DNA of 64,000 nt from Lama glama. Lineage: Eukaryota. Under the pieces are notes generated by a model. That model saw only the letters and a program-made list of their open reading frames with translations, made no database searches and was not told the DNA's origin. The position numbers and the translations under genes are program-made. Positions 1 through 13,619 of this stretch are shown here, one piece after another. How positions within the stretch are numbered: the first letter of the stretch is position 1; each line of letters opens with the position of its first letter. Where the stretch lies: contig CM052816.1 in NCBI GenBank assembly GCA_028534125.1, positions 7,380,001-7,444,000 on the forward strand, in the 5' to 3' direction.

Positions 1-139
1 TACAAAAGCAAGTGTGTTCTTAAATTTTGTGACCTAGGCTTCCTGCCTTGCCTGACCCTAGTCTTAGCTCTAATCCACACAAAGACTTGTACTTACCTGT
101 TCACAGCAAACAGCTTAATAAAGCTAAATTAGTAACAAC

Positions 140-510
140 TCAAATATTTATCAATAGGTGAATTGGTAAACAAATTGTGGCATATATAGCAGGAAGGAGC
201 TACTGATACATGCAAAAACATGGATGAATCTCATTATGCTAAGTAAAAAAAAAAAAGCCAGACACAAAAAACTACATACTATGTGATGCAGTTTACATAA
301 ATCTATAGAATGAGCAAAAACTAATCTAGTGACAGAAGGCTAATCAGTGATTGCTTGGGACGTGTAGGATGGGGGTTGACAGCAAAGGAACACAAGAGAA
401 CTTTTTGAGGTGGTGTATCTTGATTGGGATGATGGCTTCATAGGCTTATATGTTTGTCAAAACCATTACCTAACCAATTAAAATATGTGAACTTTATTCT
501 GTTTAAAATC
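140..510 (+). mobile_element. Old L1M 3' fragment
   Basis: ctactgatacatgcaaaaacatggatgaatctc..aagccagacacaaaa. Confidence 0.75.
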
Positions 511-639
511 TTAGTTTAAAATTTTTAAGGAGATTACCAGACATCTGAGAAAAGCTTCTAAGGTAAAAGTTAAAAGGTTAATCAATTGGACAAACACATG
601 TAAGCACCTTGGAAGAAACTACACAAAACATAAGAGTAC

Positions 640-821
640 AGATTGTGGTCCCTGGACCAGTAGTATCAGCATAACCTGGAAACTTATTGGAAAGACACAT
701 TCTGGAGTTCCACTCCACATTTACTTACTGCATCAGAAATTCCAGGAGTGGGGCCCAGCAGTCTCTGTTTCAACAGCCCCTCCAGGTAATTCTGATGCCC
801 CTTCATGTTGGAGAACCACTG
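640..821 (+). mobile_element. MER5A-like DNA transposon
   Basis: gtggtccctggaccag..ccctccaggtaattctgatg..gagaaccactg. Confidence 0.75.
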
Positions 822-1024
822 CCCTAAGTATCCTCAGAGAGGCAGGGCATTGCAGTCATGAAATAAAAACAATGTGCTTTAAAAAAGAATATCTTGAGAA
901 AAAATTGAAATATAAATTTTATATTTTAGAATTAATTTTAAATTAAATTAAAATTTGGAAATCTAAAATATAACAGAAATTAAGACTCAAATAGAAGAGT
1001 AAGAGGATAAAGATAAGGAAATGT

Positions 1025-2800
1025 GTTCATTTTTTCATTAATAATTATTTACTGAGTATCTTTGTGCCAGGTTGTAGGAATACAACAGATGACAAAATAG
1101 ACAAGAATCATTGCTCTTGTGAAGCTTATATTTTAGTGGGAGGAGACAGACAACAAAAATAACTAAGAATAAGTAGCAGGTGTATCTGCTATGGAGAAAA
1201 ATAAATCAGGAATATGGAAGAGGCAGTCTAGGGGCAGAGGGAAGGGGTTGCAATCTTTTTAAATAATCAAGGAATCGCTCGCTGAGAAAGTGATAGGTAA
1301 ATAAAGGCCTGAAGTAGGTGAAGAAACATGCCTCGTGAACTTCTCTGGGGAGAGCATTCTAGGCAGAGGGAATAGCATGTGCCATGTGGTGGGAGTGTGC
1401 CTTGCCTATTTGAAGAAAGACAAGGTCGTCAATGTGGCTGGAGCAGAAAGAGCTAAGGGAAGAGAAATACGTCAGGTCAGAGCAGTGACAAGTGGGTGAA
1501 AATTATACAGCGTTCTGTGAGCCACTTTCTTAAGGCTTTTATTCTGAGTGATACGGGAAGATATNNNNNNNNNNNNNNNNNNNNNNNNNNNNNNNNNNNN
1601 NNNNNNNNNNNNNNNNNNNNNNNNNNNNNNNNNNNNNNNNNNNNNNNNNNNNNNNNNNNNNNNNNNNNNNNNNNNNNNNNNNNNNNNNNNNNNNNNNNNN
1701 NNNNNNNNNNNNNNNNNNNNNNNNNNNNNNNNNNNNNNNNNNNNNNNNNNNNNNNNNNNNNNNNNNNNNNNNNNNNNNNNNNNNNNNNNNNNNNNNNNNN
1801 NNNNNNNNNNNNNNNNNNNNNNNNNNNNNNNNNNNNNNNNNNNNNNNNNNNNNNNNNNNNNNNNNNNNNNNNNNNNNNNNNNNNNNNNNNNNNNNNNNNN
1901 NNNNNNNNNNNNNNNNNNNNNNNNNNNNNNNNNNNNNNNNNNNNNNNNNNNNNNNNNNNNNNNNNNNNNNNNNNNNNNNNNNNNNNNNNNNNNNNNNNNN
2001 NNNNNNNNNNNNNNNNNNNNNNNNNNNNNNNNNNNNNNNNNNNNNNNNNNNNNNNNNNNNNNNNTTGGGTTGATACAAGCAAGGGCAGAAACAGGGGGAC
2101 CAGTTGGGAGGCAGTTGAAGTAACCCAGGATCAGATTGTGATGACTTGACAAGCGTGATAAGCAGTGAAGGTGGTCAGTTTCTGAAAATATTTTAATGGT
2201 AGGTTGGAAATATTGATGGACTGGAAGTGGAGTATAAGAGAAAGGAGACAGATACTTTGGCCTTAGCAACAGGGAAGATACAGCTGCCTTTAACAGAGTC
2301 AGAAAGACAAAGGCAGGAACAGTTTCGGTGGGGAGCAAAGGGAGACTTTGTGAAGTGCCTGTTAGACATCCAAGGGAAGAGGTCAGGTGGCCATCGGGAT
2401 GGTTGTGGAGAGAGGAGGGGTCCAGCCTAGAGATAAAAATGCGGCCTTTGTCAGCACTGTTGATGGTAGTTAATAAGCAAAGAGAGTAGATGAGATCACC
2501 AAGGAAGTGAGTACAAATAAAGATGAAAGGAAACCCTAAAATCAAGTCTAGAGGAGGACAGAAAGATGACTAGGAATGAGCAAAAGGAACCACAAAGACA
2601 TGGTCACTGAGCTGGGAAAAACCAGGAGTGGTGTTATCTTGGAAGCCAAGTGAAGAAAGTTTTTCAAGGAGGTGAGGGACTATGTCAAATTCTACTGCTT
2701 GGTCATGTAAGAAGAGGACTAAACACAGACTGCTATATTTAGCAAAGTGTGACCATTGATGGTGTTTAAAAGAGAAGATTTGATGTGGTGGGAGTGAAAG
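1025..2800 (-). mobile_element. LINE-2 fragment spanning the first gap
   Basis: Purine-rich antisense L2 signature on both sides of the gap. Confidence 0.7.
1565..2064. other. Assembly gap (500 N)
   Basis: N run. Confidence 1.
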
Positions 2801-3019
2801 CAACTCTGCAGAGAATTATTGGCCAACATCGTTTATCTATATCCCAACCCAGCACCACCACCACCCTGATTATCTGTTCCCAATGCCCCTGCACCCTAAA
2901 TTCTCTTGAAGCAAATTCCAGACAGGTACTCTTAGTGGAAAAAAAGTGAAGAGAACAGTGATACAGCTTTTTGTACAAAAGGAGGGGATATATTTGTATT
3001 GATTGTAAATGTCATAGGA

Positions 3020-3390
3020 GTCCTGCCCAGTTTCTTCTTTCACTCTCTGTATCTTCTTTCAGGGTCCCTTGGGTCCCTAATCCATTTCCTTTGTGTCCTA
3101 TGACTGATGAGGACTTGCGGGAGTGTAGACCACAGTCAGTTACTTAAGTGGGGTGGGAACAAAAGGTCAGCCCTCTTACCTCAAGGCGGGACCGGCTCTA
3201 TGATGTAACTTGTGCTCCAGAGCTCTCCGTGGATTCAGGCTGAAGCTGGTCTCCAGCTGAGACTGCATCCTCACTTAGCCTTTCTCTTTTTCCTCACTTT
3301 AGCTTCCCTCACGCACCTTCTCCTGTGAACACTCCCTCAGTAAATGACTTGCTCAAGAAAGAAACCCTATCTTAGTTTCTCATTCTAGGC
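3020..3390 (+). mobile_element. LTR16-like ERVL LTR
   Basis: tgctccagagctctccgtggattcaggctgaagct..actccctcagtaaatgacttgc. Confidence 0.6.
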
Positions 3391-6184
3391 ATGAGGCATT
3401 ATCCCCATTTTCCGGATGAGGAAAGCTTTAGTAAGGTTAAAGACACTTACCCAAGGTAACTTGGCTAATCAGTGTTAAAGCCAGAATTCCAGTGACCAGG
3501 TACTTAACCATCTCACTACATCTACCAGTCACCAGCACCCGCAGCTAGTGAGGCAGGAGAGTGGAGAATGCCATCAAAGTGCAGAGCACATGCAGGAGCA
3601 GAAGAAACTGAGCGGACCCCTCCCCAGGTTATGAGTATTGTGGCGAAACTAGTGAGATAACAACTTCCCAGCCTCCCATAGTGCCAGGCATGTGACGTGA
3701 CCTCTTGGGCTGGACCTCCCTGAGCCTCTGCTGCCTCATCTCAGCCAGAAGAGGGTCTGATGGGTGTCGGAGCATTTGGTGCACTGTAGATCGGTATCCC
3801 CACACGAGATGATTCTCATTACTCTCACTGTGGACCTCTCAGAGGAGGGAAAGACCTGGTTCGCAAGGGGGAACGTGCCTATTTTGCCTCTGTGGGATCT
3901 TCACTCAGGAATTGGAGTTGTTCGGCCTCATGAGGATGGGGAGGGGCAGGGAAGCTGACAAGCACCTTAAAGGAAGGAAAGCTCCTGTCCTGGGTGTGTC
4001 AGAGGAACCCCAAGAAAAGTGATGACAACGATAGAAAGAACTCAGTTCACTGAGAGCTTGCCATGTGCCAGGTGCTGTGCTGCATGCTTTGCAAACTCAT
4101 TTACTCCCCCCAGAAATCCTATGAGGTCATTATTTTTAATTCCACTTAATAGATGAAACCCAGGCAAGGAGACAGGAAAACGGTGCGTGAATGTAAGCGA
4201 TAAAGCCAGGAGTCAAGCGTTCTTTAACTCCAGAGCCAGTGTTCTTAAAAAAAATATTGTGAGTTGAAACCTATTTTTTTTTTATAAATTAAATCCATAC
4301 TCACCCTTTGTGAGTCTAGGCATCTTCTTTCTTCTTTCCTTTCCCCTTCTTTTATCAACACGGATCTGCTCCTTCCTGTTTTTCCTTTTAGTTGTTTCTT
4401 GTCCTTCCCCTTTATTTTCTTTTTCTTCTTTTCACATCCTTAGACATAAAGAGAGAGAGGGATTTTTCCAGGGCTCCTCCTTTAACTGTTGATTATCAGG
4501 GCACCTCTTTTAACTGTGGATTTTCAGAACTGGAGAGCCCCACCTAGAGTTAGTCAGTCCAGCCCCTCATCCTTAGTAGAGAAACGGAGGTCTGGAGAGG
4601 AGGGGCAGTGCACATGTCTTATGTTTCTTTGCTCTGACTTCCAAGCTCTTAGCCCCCTGCGTCATACAGAGGTTACAGAATAGCTTACATAGAATGGTTG
4701 CATTTGGTTAAGGAAAAAAACAAAGCAAAGCAGGCTACACAACACAGTCTCTGTACACATATCTGAATTACAGGAATATAAGATGGTGTAATATTAAAAT
4801 GTAAATCAAGTTCTACTTCCTATGCAGAATTTAGAGTATTTAGAATTCCACTTGAATTTAAAATTTCATGAGGTATCCCATAATAAGCTGACTGATGCTC
4901 AAGAGAGTGAACTGTAAACTGTGCTGCACTTTGGCTGGAACACAGAAGCGCCCACCCACTTTTGTCAGAAGCCAGAGAGAAATGCCATTGTTCTCGTGGA
5001 ACTTCTGTGGGTGGTTTGAATAATTTATTAGCTATAGTATAAGCATTCATTGTTAACTTAATTTAAAATATTCCATAAGCCATAGCAATATAATTTAGGA
5101 TTCATTAAGTGGCACAAATTCTGAAAAATTAATTTAAAAATCCTTCATTTTGGAATGAAAACTAGAAGAGGTAAATTGCTATAAAGAAAGCTAAGCACGA
5201 TCATGCTAGGACGTCCTGATGACTAAGGGGAGTGCATCCTGTAAAGTAAATTAGCAACACAGTTGAAATGAAAAGTAGCTGTTAAAGCAAGGACCCCGCT
5301 AAGGGAACAAACAGCACCTCAGATACTAGGAAAAGTGCTGGTGCCAGATGAGCACACTATGATGTGCCTCTGAGCTTAGCTCTTGTGATTTTTGGTGATA
5401 AGAAAGGAGATAATGATGATAAAATGTTTTACCACTGGTACTTTTCTGGTAAATAAAGTATGTTTAGAAAAAAGAATGTATTACAAAGTAAGAGACTTAT
5501 GCACTGTAAAGGCCCAAAGAAAAAATTTGCAAGCTGTTCAAAAGCCCATCCAGAGAATCCAGTGGCACCACTCTGATACCTGGGTTAATGCATGAGGGAT
5601 GAGGAATTCTGCAGGGACACAGAACTGGAGGGCATATGTGAAAAGATGCCAAAGGAGTACCTCAGTCTGACAACCTGAATTAACCTGCAGGCAGCACTGC
5701 AACTACAGGAACGTCAGTGCACGTGTATGGAAACCCCAGTAAGCAACTTGGAGTCAAATGCTGCCACACAGGAGCGCGTCAAAAGAACAGGCTTTAAAAC
5801 TTATTAGATTGCTTTAGTGTAAAGAAGACTTTGTCAGTGGTGTGCAGTAGCCCATGGGGTACCATAAACGGCTTATAGCAGTGCTGAGATATTGGTGCTT
5901 TTGCCCTGTGGAACAGGCAGGTGGGTCCTAAGGTGACTGGAGTGTCTGAGACAATTACCTCTAGTCATGAGCAGGCTTGTTCTTTTATCCTGAGGATCTA
6001 TAAAGTGTTATCACTTTCTACAAGTGTTATATGAAAAAGATTCGGAAGCACTGGATAAGTAAAGTGTTCATACTGGAGATACTTTTGAAAATGAGAGGGG
6101 CTGTATTGATAATTTACACCAGGACACCAGACATATATATATGTCTGGGTGTATATCTATATACCTATCTACATATATATATCT

Positions 6185-6222
<38 letters not shown>

Positions 6223-6261
6223 TTAGTGGGTCTGTTCCAGGTAAATTGGGATGTACGGCAG

Positions 6262-6695
6262 AGTAGGCAGAATAATGGCCCCCCAAAAAATGTCCAGATC
6301 TTAATCTCTACAGCCTGTGAATATGTTACCTTAGGTGACGGAAGGAACTTTGCAGATGTGATTAAATTGAGGATCTTGACAAGAGGAGATTATCCTGGAT
6401 TGTCCAGGTGGGCTTAATGTATTCACAAAGGTTCTCACAGGAGGGAGGCAGGAAGGTCAGAAAAGAGAAGATGCTGTTCTACTGGCTTTGAATGGAGGAA
6501 GAAGCCACAAGTCAAGGGAATGCGGGAGGCCTTTAGAAGCTGGAAAAGCGAAGAAGTAGATTCTCCCGGGAGCAGCCCTCCTAACTTCTTGATTTTAGGA
6601 CTTCTGACCTCTAGCACTGTAAGATAACAAATTTGTGTTGTTTTAATCCACAAAATGTGTGGTAATTTGCTACAGCAGCAATAGGAAACTAACAC
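6262..6695 (+). mobile_element. MLT1 (MaLR) LTR
   Basis: gtaggcagaataatggcccccc..tttgctacagcagcaataggaaactaaca. Confidence 0.85.
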
Positions 6696-7390
6696 AAATA
6701 CTATTAATAATTTATAAGAAGTGTATCTTTTTTTAAAGAAGTGTATCTTGATGCTTATATAATTTTAAAAGGTACAAAGATAAGTAAAAAGGAACTGAAA
6801 CAAGAAGATCATTTTATCAAGAGAAGTGGCAGAGGTCAACAGGTGTATATGTTCATCTAACATCAGGTTGATAAGTTGAGAAATATGTTGAGAAATACCA
6901 CTGAAGTGTATTGTATAGAGAGATGGAGAACTAAAGAACTAAAATTAAACTGATTTTTTAAAAAAGGGATAGTCCCTGAAAGAGGAATAGAGAGGGTCAG
7001 ATAAGGAGACTCTGGCTTTTTATTATAAATTCTTTGGTTAAAAATTTTAGTTTAACTATGGGCATCTTTTTAAAGATGTGAATATTAGTTTTTAAAGTGA
7101 AACTGTGTTGTGGGAAGCTTCTAAGAGCTTACTCGGCTCAGGTTTTCCAAAGCTGAAGCTTCCAGTCTACCTGAAACCAGCTTACAGCTTCCACCTCACC
7201 TACAGACCCTCCCCTAACCTCTTACTCAGCTAACAGCTTCCTTGATGTCAGTCGTGGCACCAGACAGTGACAAGTGGTAGGTCCTCCTGAAGTAAGGCAG
7301 GAAAAGGCAGCCTTGGATGAGGGATATTCCCAGGATTGGGCCCAGGCACTCTAAGAGATCTGGAGCAAACCCACTAAACCCCATCTGTAG

Positions 7391-7490
7391 GGTGGACAGA
7401 CCTTAGGGCTACCTCACAATGGTAACAAAGGACCTGGGAGAGCTTACAAGAGAGAAGTGCCTCCTTTTGCCACTGAAAAGACACATGTTG
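7391..7490 (+). pseudogene. SLC36 pseudogene, exon 2 remnant
   Basis: ctgtag| then QTLGLPHNGNKGPG (cf. SLC36A1 QTLIHLLKGNIGTG, same spacing) and CLLLPLKRHML (cf. GLPLAVKNAGIL). Donor degraded. Confidence 0.55.
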
Positions 7491-7995
7491 TGGAGCCCAA
7501 AGGGAGGTGCTGAGGCTAGCTCTGCCACGTGCTAGCCAGTTCCTTACATCTGGGCTTCTCGTCAATGAAATTAATAGGGGAGGAAGTTCATCTCCAAAAT
7601 CTTTCAGCGCCATGAGTTCTTCTTTCCCTACTTCAGCCACATTCCTCCCTCCAAAGATGACTGGATGGGCCCTCAGTCAGCCACAAAGTTATTATATATC
7701 ACACTTTAGAATTTCTTTGAGATGGTCTGCTGCAACCCATTCATTTTATATATGAGAAACTGAGCTTCAGAGAGACAAAGGTATTTATTTGTTCAAGGTC
7801 ACACTGGGTAAAAAGTGTGAGAACCTCTGGATTCTCCTCTGACCCCTCACTTAGACCCTAAGGTTCTGTGGTCACAATTTGCCATATGAAGGTACAGAAT
7901 GGTACCTGTTTAATATGCAAATAAATTTTGTCTGAGTTTTTTCAAATGCAGTATAAGATGCCATTATGGAAAAAACATATTTAAAAATGAGTGGT

Positions 7996-8516
7996 TGTGT
8001 TAGTTTCCTATTGCTGTGTAATAAATTACCACATACTTAATGGCTTAAAATGACATACATTTATTCTCGTGCAGTTTCTGTGGGTCAGGAGTTCAGGGGG
8101 TCGTCTGCTTATAGGGGCTCACAGGCTGCAGCCAGGTGTAGGCTGGGCTGCTTTCTCACCTGGAGGCACAACTGGCAAAGAATATTCCTCCAAGCTTGCT
8201 CAGATTTTTGGCACAATTAATTTCCTTGCCATTGTAAGACTGAGGGCCCCGCCTTCTTGGTGGCTGTCAGCTCTTAGCCATGTGGGCTTCCCAACATGGT
8301 CACTTACTTCTTTAGAGCCAGCTAGACTTGGAGGTCTCTGTAGTCTGCTAGTAAAACAAAATCTATATGACATAATGTGACATTCCATCACCTTTGCCAC
8401 AATCTGTTGGCTAGAAGCAAGCACAGGTCTCATCCACACTCAAGAGCAGAGGATAAACAAGAGCATGAACACCATGAATAATAAGGGAGGTAGCATCTTA
8501 GAGTCTATCCACCACA
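7996..8516 (-). mobile_element. MLT1 (MaLR) LTR
   Basis: tgtgttagtttcctattgctgtgtaataaattaccac..gtctatccaccaca. Confidence 0.8.
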
Positions 8517-8569
8517 GTGGTGAAAATCGTAAGTGTAAAAAATATTAAAATTTCTACTCATGTCATGGC

Positions 8570-9230
8570 AAGTGATAAGAGGGCTAAGGTTTAGCCATTG
8601 GATTTGGCAACGGGGCGTTGTTGCCCTTCGCAAGAGCAGTTTCAGTGAAGTAACGAGGATGAAAGTTGGCTGAGGTAGATTCAAGAGAATGGGAAGTGAG
8701 AAACTGGAAGGAGTAAAGACAACTCTTTTAAGGACTTTTGTTATGAAGCAGAGCAGAGAGATGAGAGATTTAAGGTACTATGGTATGCTTATATGTTCAT
8801 GGGAATGATGCAGTAGAAAGGGAAAGTTTGATGATGCAAGAGAGAGGGAAGGATCATTGCAGGAGAAGGCTCTTGAGTGAGTAGATGACAACAGATGAGA
8901 TCCAGTGCACAAGACAGAGGGACTTAGAACAGGATGAGAAAGGCTCAACTATTTTCCTGGGAGAAAAGTCCTAGTATACGGATTCAGACATATGTCAGTG
9001 GGTAGATTTAGTGGCTGGAGGATAAGGAAGTTCTCTTCTGATTGCTTCTATTTTCTCAATGAAGTACGAACAACGTCATCAGCTGAAAGTGGAAAGGGAA
9101 GAGTGGTAGACATCTGAATTGAGAGAAGACATAGGGAACAGTCCCCTTGAAGAGTGGAAGAGTAGCATAAATAAGACAAGGAGAGGATTTGCCAGGTGGT
9201 GCTAGGACCCACCTGAGGTTGTGTGCCAGC
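8570..9230 (-). mobile_element. LINE-2 fragment
   Basis: ccattggatttggcaac..agagcagtttcagtgaag. Confidence 0.65.
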
Positions 9231-11169
9231 TGCCAGGCCCTGGATGGTGCCACCCTAGGAATGCTCCAGCAGCCCCTGGGGGAGGCCTACCAACTCCTCC
9301 ACCAGGTGTCCTCCTGCTTGGAGGACATCAGTGGGATCTCATAAGTCTCCTTACTTCCCCAACAGGAGTTCTTGAGCCTGAGATCTTGTACCTAGGGACT
9401 TTTATGAGAAATTTTCCCTTCTTCTTTCCAGTAACTCAAGGAGCTAAATCTTGACAGACAGGCAAAGAGAGGTGCAGAAAAGTTGTGTTAAGGGCAAAGA
9501 TAATGCTCCTCAAAGATAATTCTTGGATCCAAAGCATAACTCTGTAGGGGTCCATTTATTCAACATTATTGCTTTTTTTAACTGCTTTATTGAGGTATTG
9601 ACTTACATCCCATAAAACTTAGTCATTCTGAGTGTACAGTTCAATGAATTTTTAATAAATTTACAAAAGTTATGCAGCTATCACCACGATCTAATTTTAG
9701 AACAAGTTTCATTGCCCTAAAAGAAACCTACCCATGTGCAGTTACTCCCTTCTCTGGCTCTTTTGAGTGTCAGTTTTCTCACCTGTAAAAATAAGTATTG
9801 ACATTCTACTTATTGGAAAGATTCAATAGTGTATGCAAAGTTGTTTTGTAAATGTTAGAGTACTTGACACTTAAATTGTTGGTTTCCACTGTTATTTTTA
9901 GCATAATTATTGGTTAATGATTACTTTTGTCTTATGTGTCTCCCTAATCCACTAGTCTTCTTAGGAATTTCATAAACCTCATGAAATTGTGGGCAAATTT
10001 TAATGACTAACATCTGCTCTTTCTCTGAGAGGATCAGTTTATCTCATGAAAAAGAAAGTTGTGATTCAAAAAAAGAAGAAAAATTATAAATTTTCTGAAC
10101 AGTCTAGTTGAATGATAACCCTTTCATTTCTCCTTTGACTTAGAAGTCCATATTATCTCTCCCTAAATTTAGCCTTCTTATCTCCGGAGATCAGCTCCTA
10201 AAGTCTGTTCTCTGCCTGTCCTTCTCCAGTAGCATTGAAATCTCCACACCCTCCACCCTCTGAAGTTTGATGTGCCCTCTGGGCTGTGTCTTTGTTCTCT
10301 GTGATGTTAGAGATGACTGGAAGAGTGTCCGTGCTCAGACCCATTTCCTGTCTAACATAACGTACTTTTATTTTATATTCTCTATTCTCCTCTCCCAGGC
10401 AACAGAGCCTGGAGGCTCTTTCTGCAGAGTGCTTGGTGGGGGAAGGGCAGAGGAGTCTACCTTCTTTGAATCCTGATGCCATCACTAACCAACCCTGTGG
10501 CTTTGGTTAAGTTCCCTAAGCCTTAGCTGCCCCATTTGTAAATGGGGCTAATATTGGAGGTTCTGTAGGTTAAATGAGACAATAGCACTTAGCAAACACC
10601 TCAATTGTCACTCTAATTAATTACTCTTATCTTAGGAAATTTTTAGAAAGTTATGCTCCCAGGAAATAATGCATAAAACCTTAAGAACTGAGAGACCCTT
10701 GATAATTGCAAGCCCACTTTACACAAAGAGAAAATGGACCTAGAGAGAGGAAGGGACTTGTCCCAGGTTGCACAGAAAACCAGAGGCAATGGCAGGATGT
10801 AAACTGGGCACTGAGCTCCCAGCACAGGGCTCGTTCCATTGCCTCACAAGCCATGTTCAAAAAACTTTTTTTTAATAATGGTTAGTATCATTTTCTTTGC
10901 AGTTATCATGAGCACAAATATATACAGCAACTAGTATACTACTAATCTCTTGTGCACTGATGGAGCCCATGATGGGAGGGCTTGGTGCCCATTCTTTATC
11001 CTGTTTCTCTTTTCCTTTTGGCCATTTACTGCTCAGCCCTGGTCTACTCTTGTATTTTATTGCACTGTAGTGTCCATGTGAGACTAGTTATATACTTACA
11101 TCATTAATAGTATCAAACTACAGAGTTCTTAGTCCCCCTGTCTATATTTCTTAAATATTCAGGGTTTTT

Positions 11170-12297
11170 GTTTATTTTAATACACTTTGTTTCTTTCAGA
11201 ACATTTTCGCTTCTCAGCAGCATTGCCCAGAAAGTATACGGAAAGTTGAAGAGGTCATGTGTACTCTGCCCTGATTCACGCACAGTCTCCCCCACTGCCA
11301 ACATCTCACAACAGAGGGGTACATTTGTTACTGTTGGTGAACCTGCAGTGACACATCATTATCACCCAGAGTTCATAGTTTACATTAGCGTTCGCTCTTG
11401 GATTTCATGAGTTTGAGCAAATGTATGACACATATCCACCATTATTTATCATAACAGAATAATTTCACCACTTTAGAAATCCTTGTGCTCTGACTAATCC
11501 TCCTTCTCCACACTCTTGGCAACCACTGATCTTTTTACTGTCTCTATAGTTTTGCCTTTTCCAGAATGTCATATAGCTGAAATCATAGAGTATGCAGCGT
11601 TTTCAGATCAGCTTCTTTGACTTAGTAATATGCATTTAAGTCTCCATCATGTGTTTTTATGGCTTGAAAGTTCATTTCTTTTCAGTGCTGAATGATATTG
11701 CACTGTCTAGATATATAACAGCTTATCCATTCACCTACTGAAGGACACCTTGGTTGCTTCCAGGTTTTGGTAGTTACTAATAAAGCTGCTATAAACATTC
11801 ATGTAAGGTGTTTGTGTTCAGGTAAGTTTTCAACTCACTGAATAAATACCAAGGAATGCAATTGCTGAATCATATGGTAAAAACGTGTTTGGTTTTGTAA
11901 GAAACCGCCAAACTGCCTTTCAGAGTGGCTTGGCTCTTTCGTACCATTGTGCATTCCCACCGGAAATGTATGAGGGTTCCTGTTTCTCTACATTCTTACA
12001 GTGCTTGTTGTTGTCAGTATTCTGAATTTTGTTCATTCTAACAGGTGTGTACTGATATCTCCATGTTGTTTTAGTTTGCACTTCTCTGATGACATATGAT
12101 GTGAAGCATCTTTTCATATGCTTTTTTGCCTTCTGTGTATTTCCTTTGATGAGCTGTCTGTTGAGGTCTTTTGCCCATTTTTTAATCAAGTTGTTCATCT
12201 TATTGTTGAGTTTTAAGAGAGATAACAGTCCTTTTTCAGATATGTCTTTTGCAAATATTTTCTCCAAGTCTATGGCTTGTCTTCTCATTGCCTTGAC
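11170..12297 (-). mobile_element. Old LINE-1 (L1M) 3' fragment
   Basis: ORF2 C-terminal-like peptide (KKWAKDLNR..HMKRC) and L1M 3'UTR. Confidence 0.85.
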
Positions 12298-12376
12298 AAA
12301 TTTATTTTCATCCTATGTTTTTCATCCTAACATATCTACTAAGCTTCCTTCCTTCTGCCCATGTCCCCATCTCCAG

Positions 12377-12463
12377 TTGGGTCTTGTCAGCCTGTAGGTG
12401 ATAGGCCTGTGGCCGTGCACTGCATGGGTCTCCTAGCAAACTATGCCTACCACTTTGCCACTG
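12377..12463 (+). pseudogene. SLC36 pseudogene, exon 3 remnant
   Basis: ctccag|LGLVSL*VIG/VAVHCMGLLANYAYHF..|gtgaga vs SLC36A1 [30 protein letters not shown]. 87 nt, one stop and frameshifts. Confidence 0.9.
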
Positions 12464-12625
12464 GTGAGAGTCTCTGAGCCATCTCATGAACAAGACTTTG
12501 CTATAGTTCTACTGCCAGGTTTTGCCAGGTCTCCTGCTATCTCTCTTTATACACATACCAGAACAAGTCCTCTCAGTTGTGCTCCATCAGCCAAGAGTCT
12601 GTTCCACCACTAGAGTAGTGTCTGT

Positions 12626-12710
12626 GGGGAGGGAAATAGTTAAATGGTAGAGTACGTGCTTAGCATGCATGAGGTCCTGGGTTCAATCCTCAGTACCTCT
12701 ATTAAAAAGA
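12626..12710 (+). mobile_element. Camelid tRNA-derived SINE (Vic-1-like, short)
   Basis: GGGGAGGGAAATAGTTAAATGGTAGAG..GTCCTGGGTTCAATCCTCAGTACC, A-rich tail, TSD agtagtgtc. Confidence 0.85.
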
Positions 12711-13343
12711 AAGTAGTGTCCCTTTTTCTCTTTCAACATACACAATTTTAAAATAATATTGAATATGTTTTTCAAAGTCTGCAAGATTTTTTAAATACCC
12801 TATTTATGTTTATAAATTACTATACATAATGTTTATATTTATATTTTAAAGGCCTGGATTAACTACACTACACTGTCAAAAGTAGTTATTTCTGAGGAAA
12901 GAAGTGGGGAGGAGAATTAGATTGGGATGAGGTGGAGAGAGAATCTGAATCGGGACGTTCATTTTTACTTATATGCTTCTATACCATTTGACCCTTTTAT
13001 AATAGCATTCACCACTGCTGTATTTTTTTAACTAAATGAAAAAAAAGTTAACATTCTTTCTCATTTCCCTGAAGTCCTGATTTGCTCTTAGAACTATGAA
13101 ACCCTTCGCTCCTGGTCAAAACCGTTGTACCAGAAGGTAGCATGCATGATCATCTTCATTGCTAGCACAAAGACCAGCAATTTGTGTGGAGTCAGGGAAG
13201 CAGCAGGGTGTAATAGGAAAATCACTGTTTGAGAGCCTGGAGACTCTAGATCAGGTCTTGAATCACTTGTGTAAATTGAAGTACTCTGTAAACATCTTTA
13301 CTCATCCTTATTGGCTCTGTTCATTGTGGGCCTGTCTGAGCAG

Positions 13344-13444
13344 AAAGAGCCTCACACCAAGGCAAGCAGGATCAAAGTGTAAGATGTGGGTGGCGGAGGC
13401 CCTGCAGCTCCAGTGGCTTCAGCAGCTGAGGCCAAGAAGCCAAG
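13344..13444 (+). pseudogene. SLC36 pseudogene, probable exon 4 remnant
   Basis: cag|...MWVAEALQLQWLQ...|gtacat has the same M/EA/WL spacing as SLC36A2 MHGLEANPNAWLQ and lies between exons 3 and 5. Confidence 0.45.
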
Positions 13445-13619
13445 GTACATACAAGTACAAAGGGAAATGGGGCCAGCCTAAGGAGGCCCCAGGGCAATCT
13501 GAAATGGCTCCTGACCCTGAGCATCAGGGGATGCCAGCCAGCTTGCAGTGCTCAAAGTCAGATGGATCCTGTGTGTACTTCCTAGAAGGTCAGTTTCCTA
13601 GAAGGAAACCAGCTTCCCA

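Noticed and set aside
1472..2545. Long ORFs spanning N runs (also 19955-20584 and 43123-43887)
   Set aside because: Artefacts of translating gaps; the flanks are L2 or non-coding.
4780..5870. Possible old hAT-type DNA transposon internal sequence
   Set aside because: Resemblance only; no termini, TSD or transposase motif that I could verify.
12626..12710. tRNA-like sequences (also 53310)
   Set aside because: SINEs with A-rich tails and TSDs, not tRNA genes.
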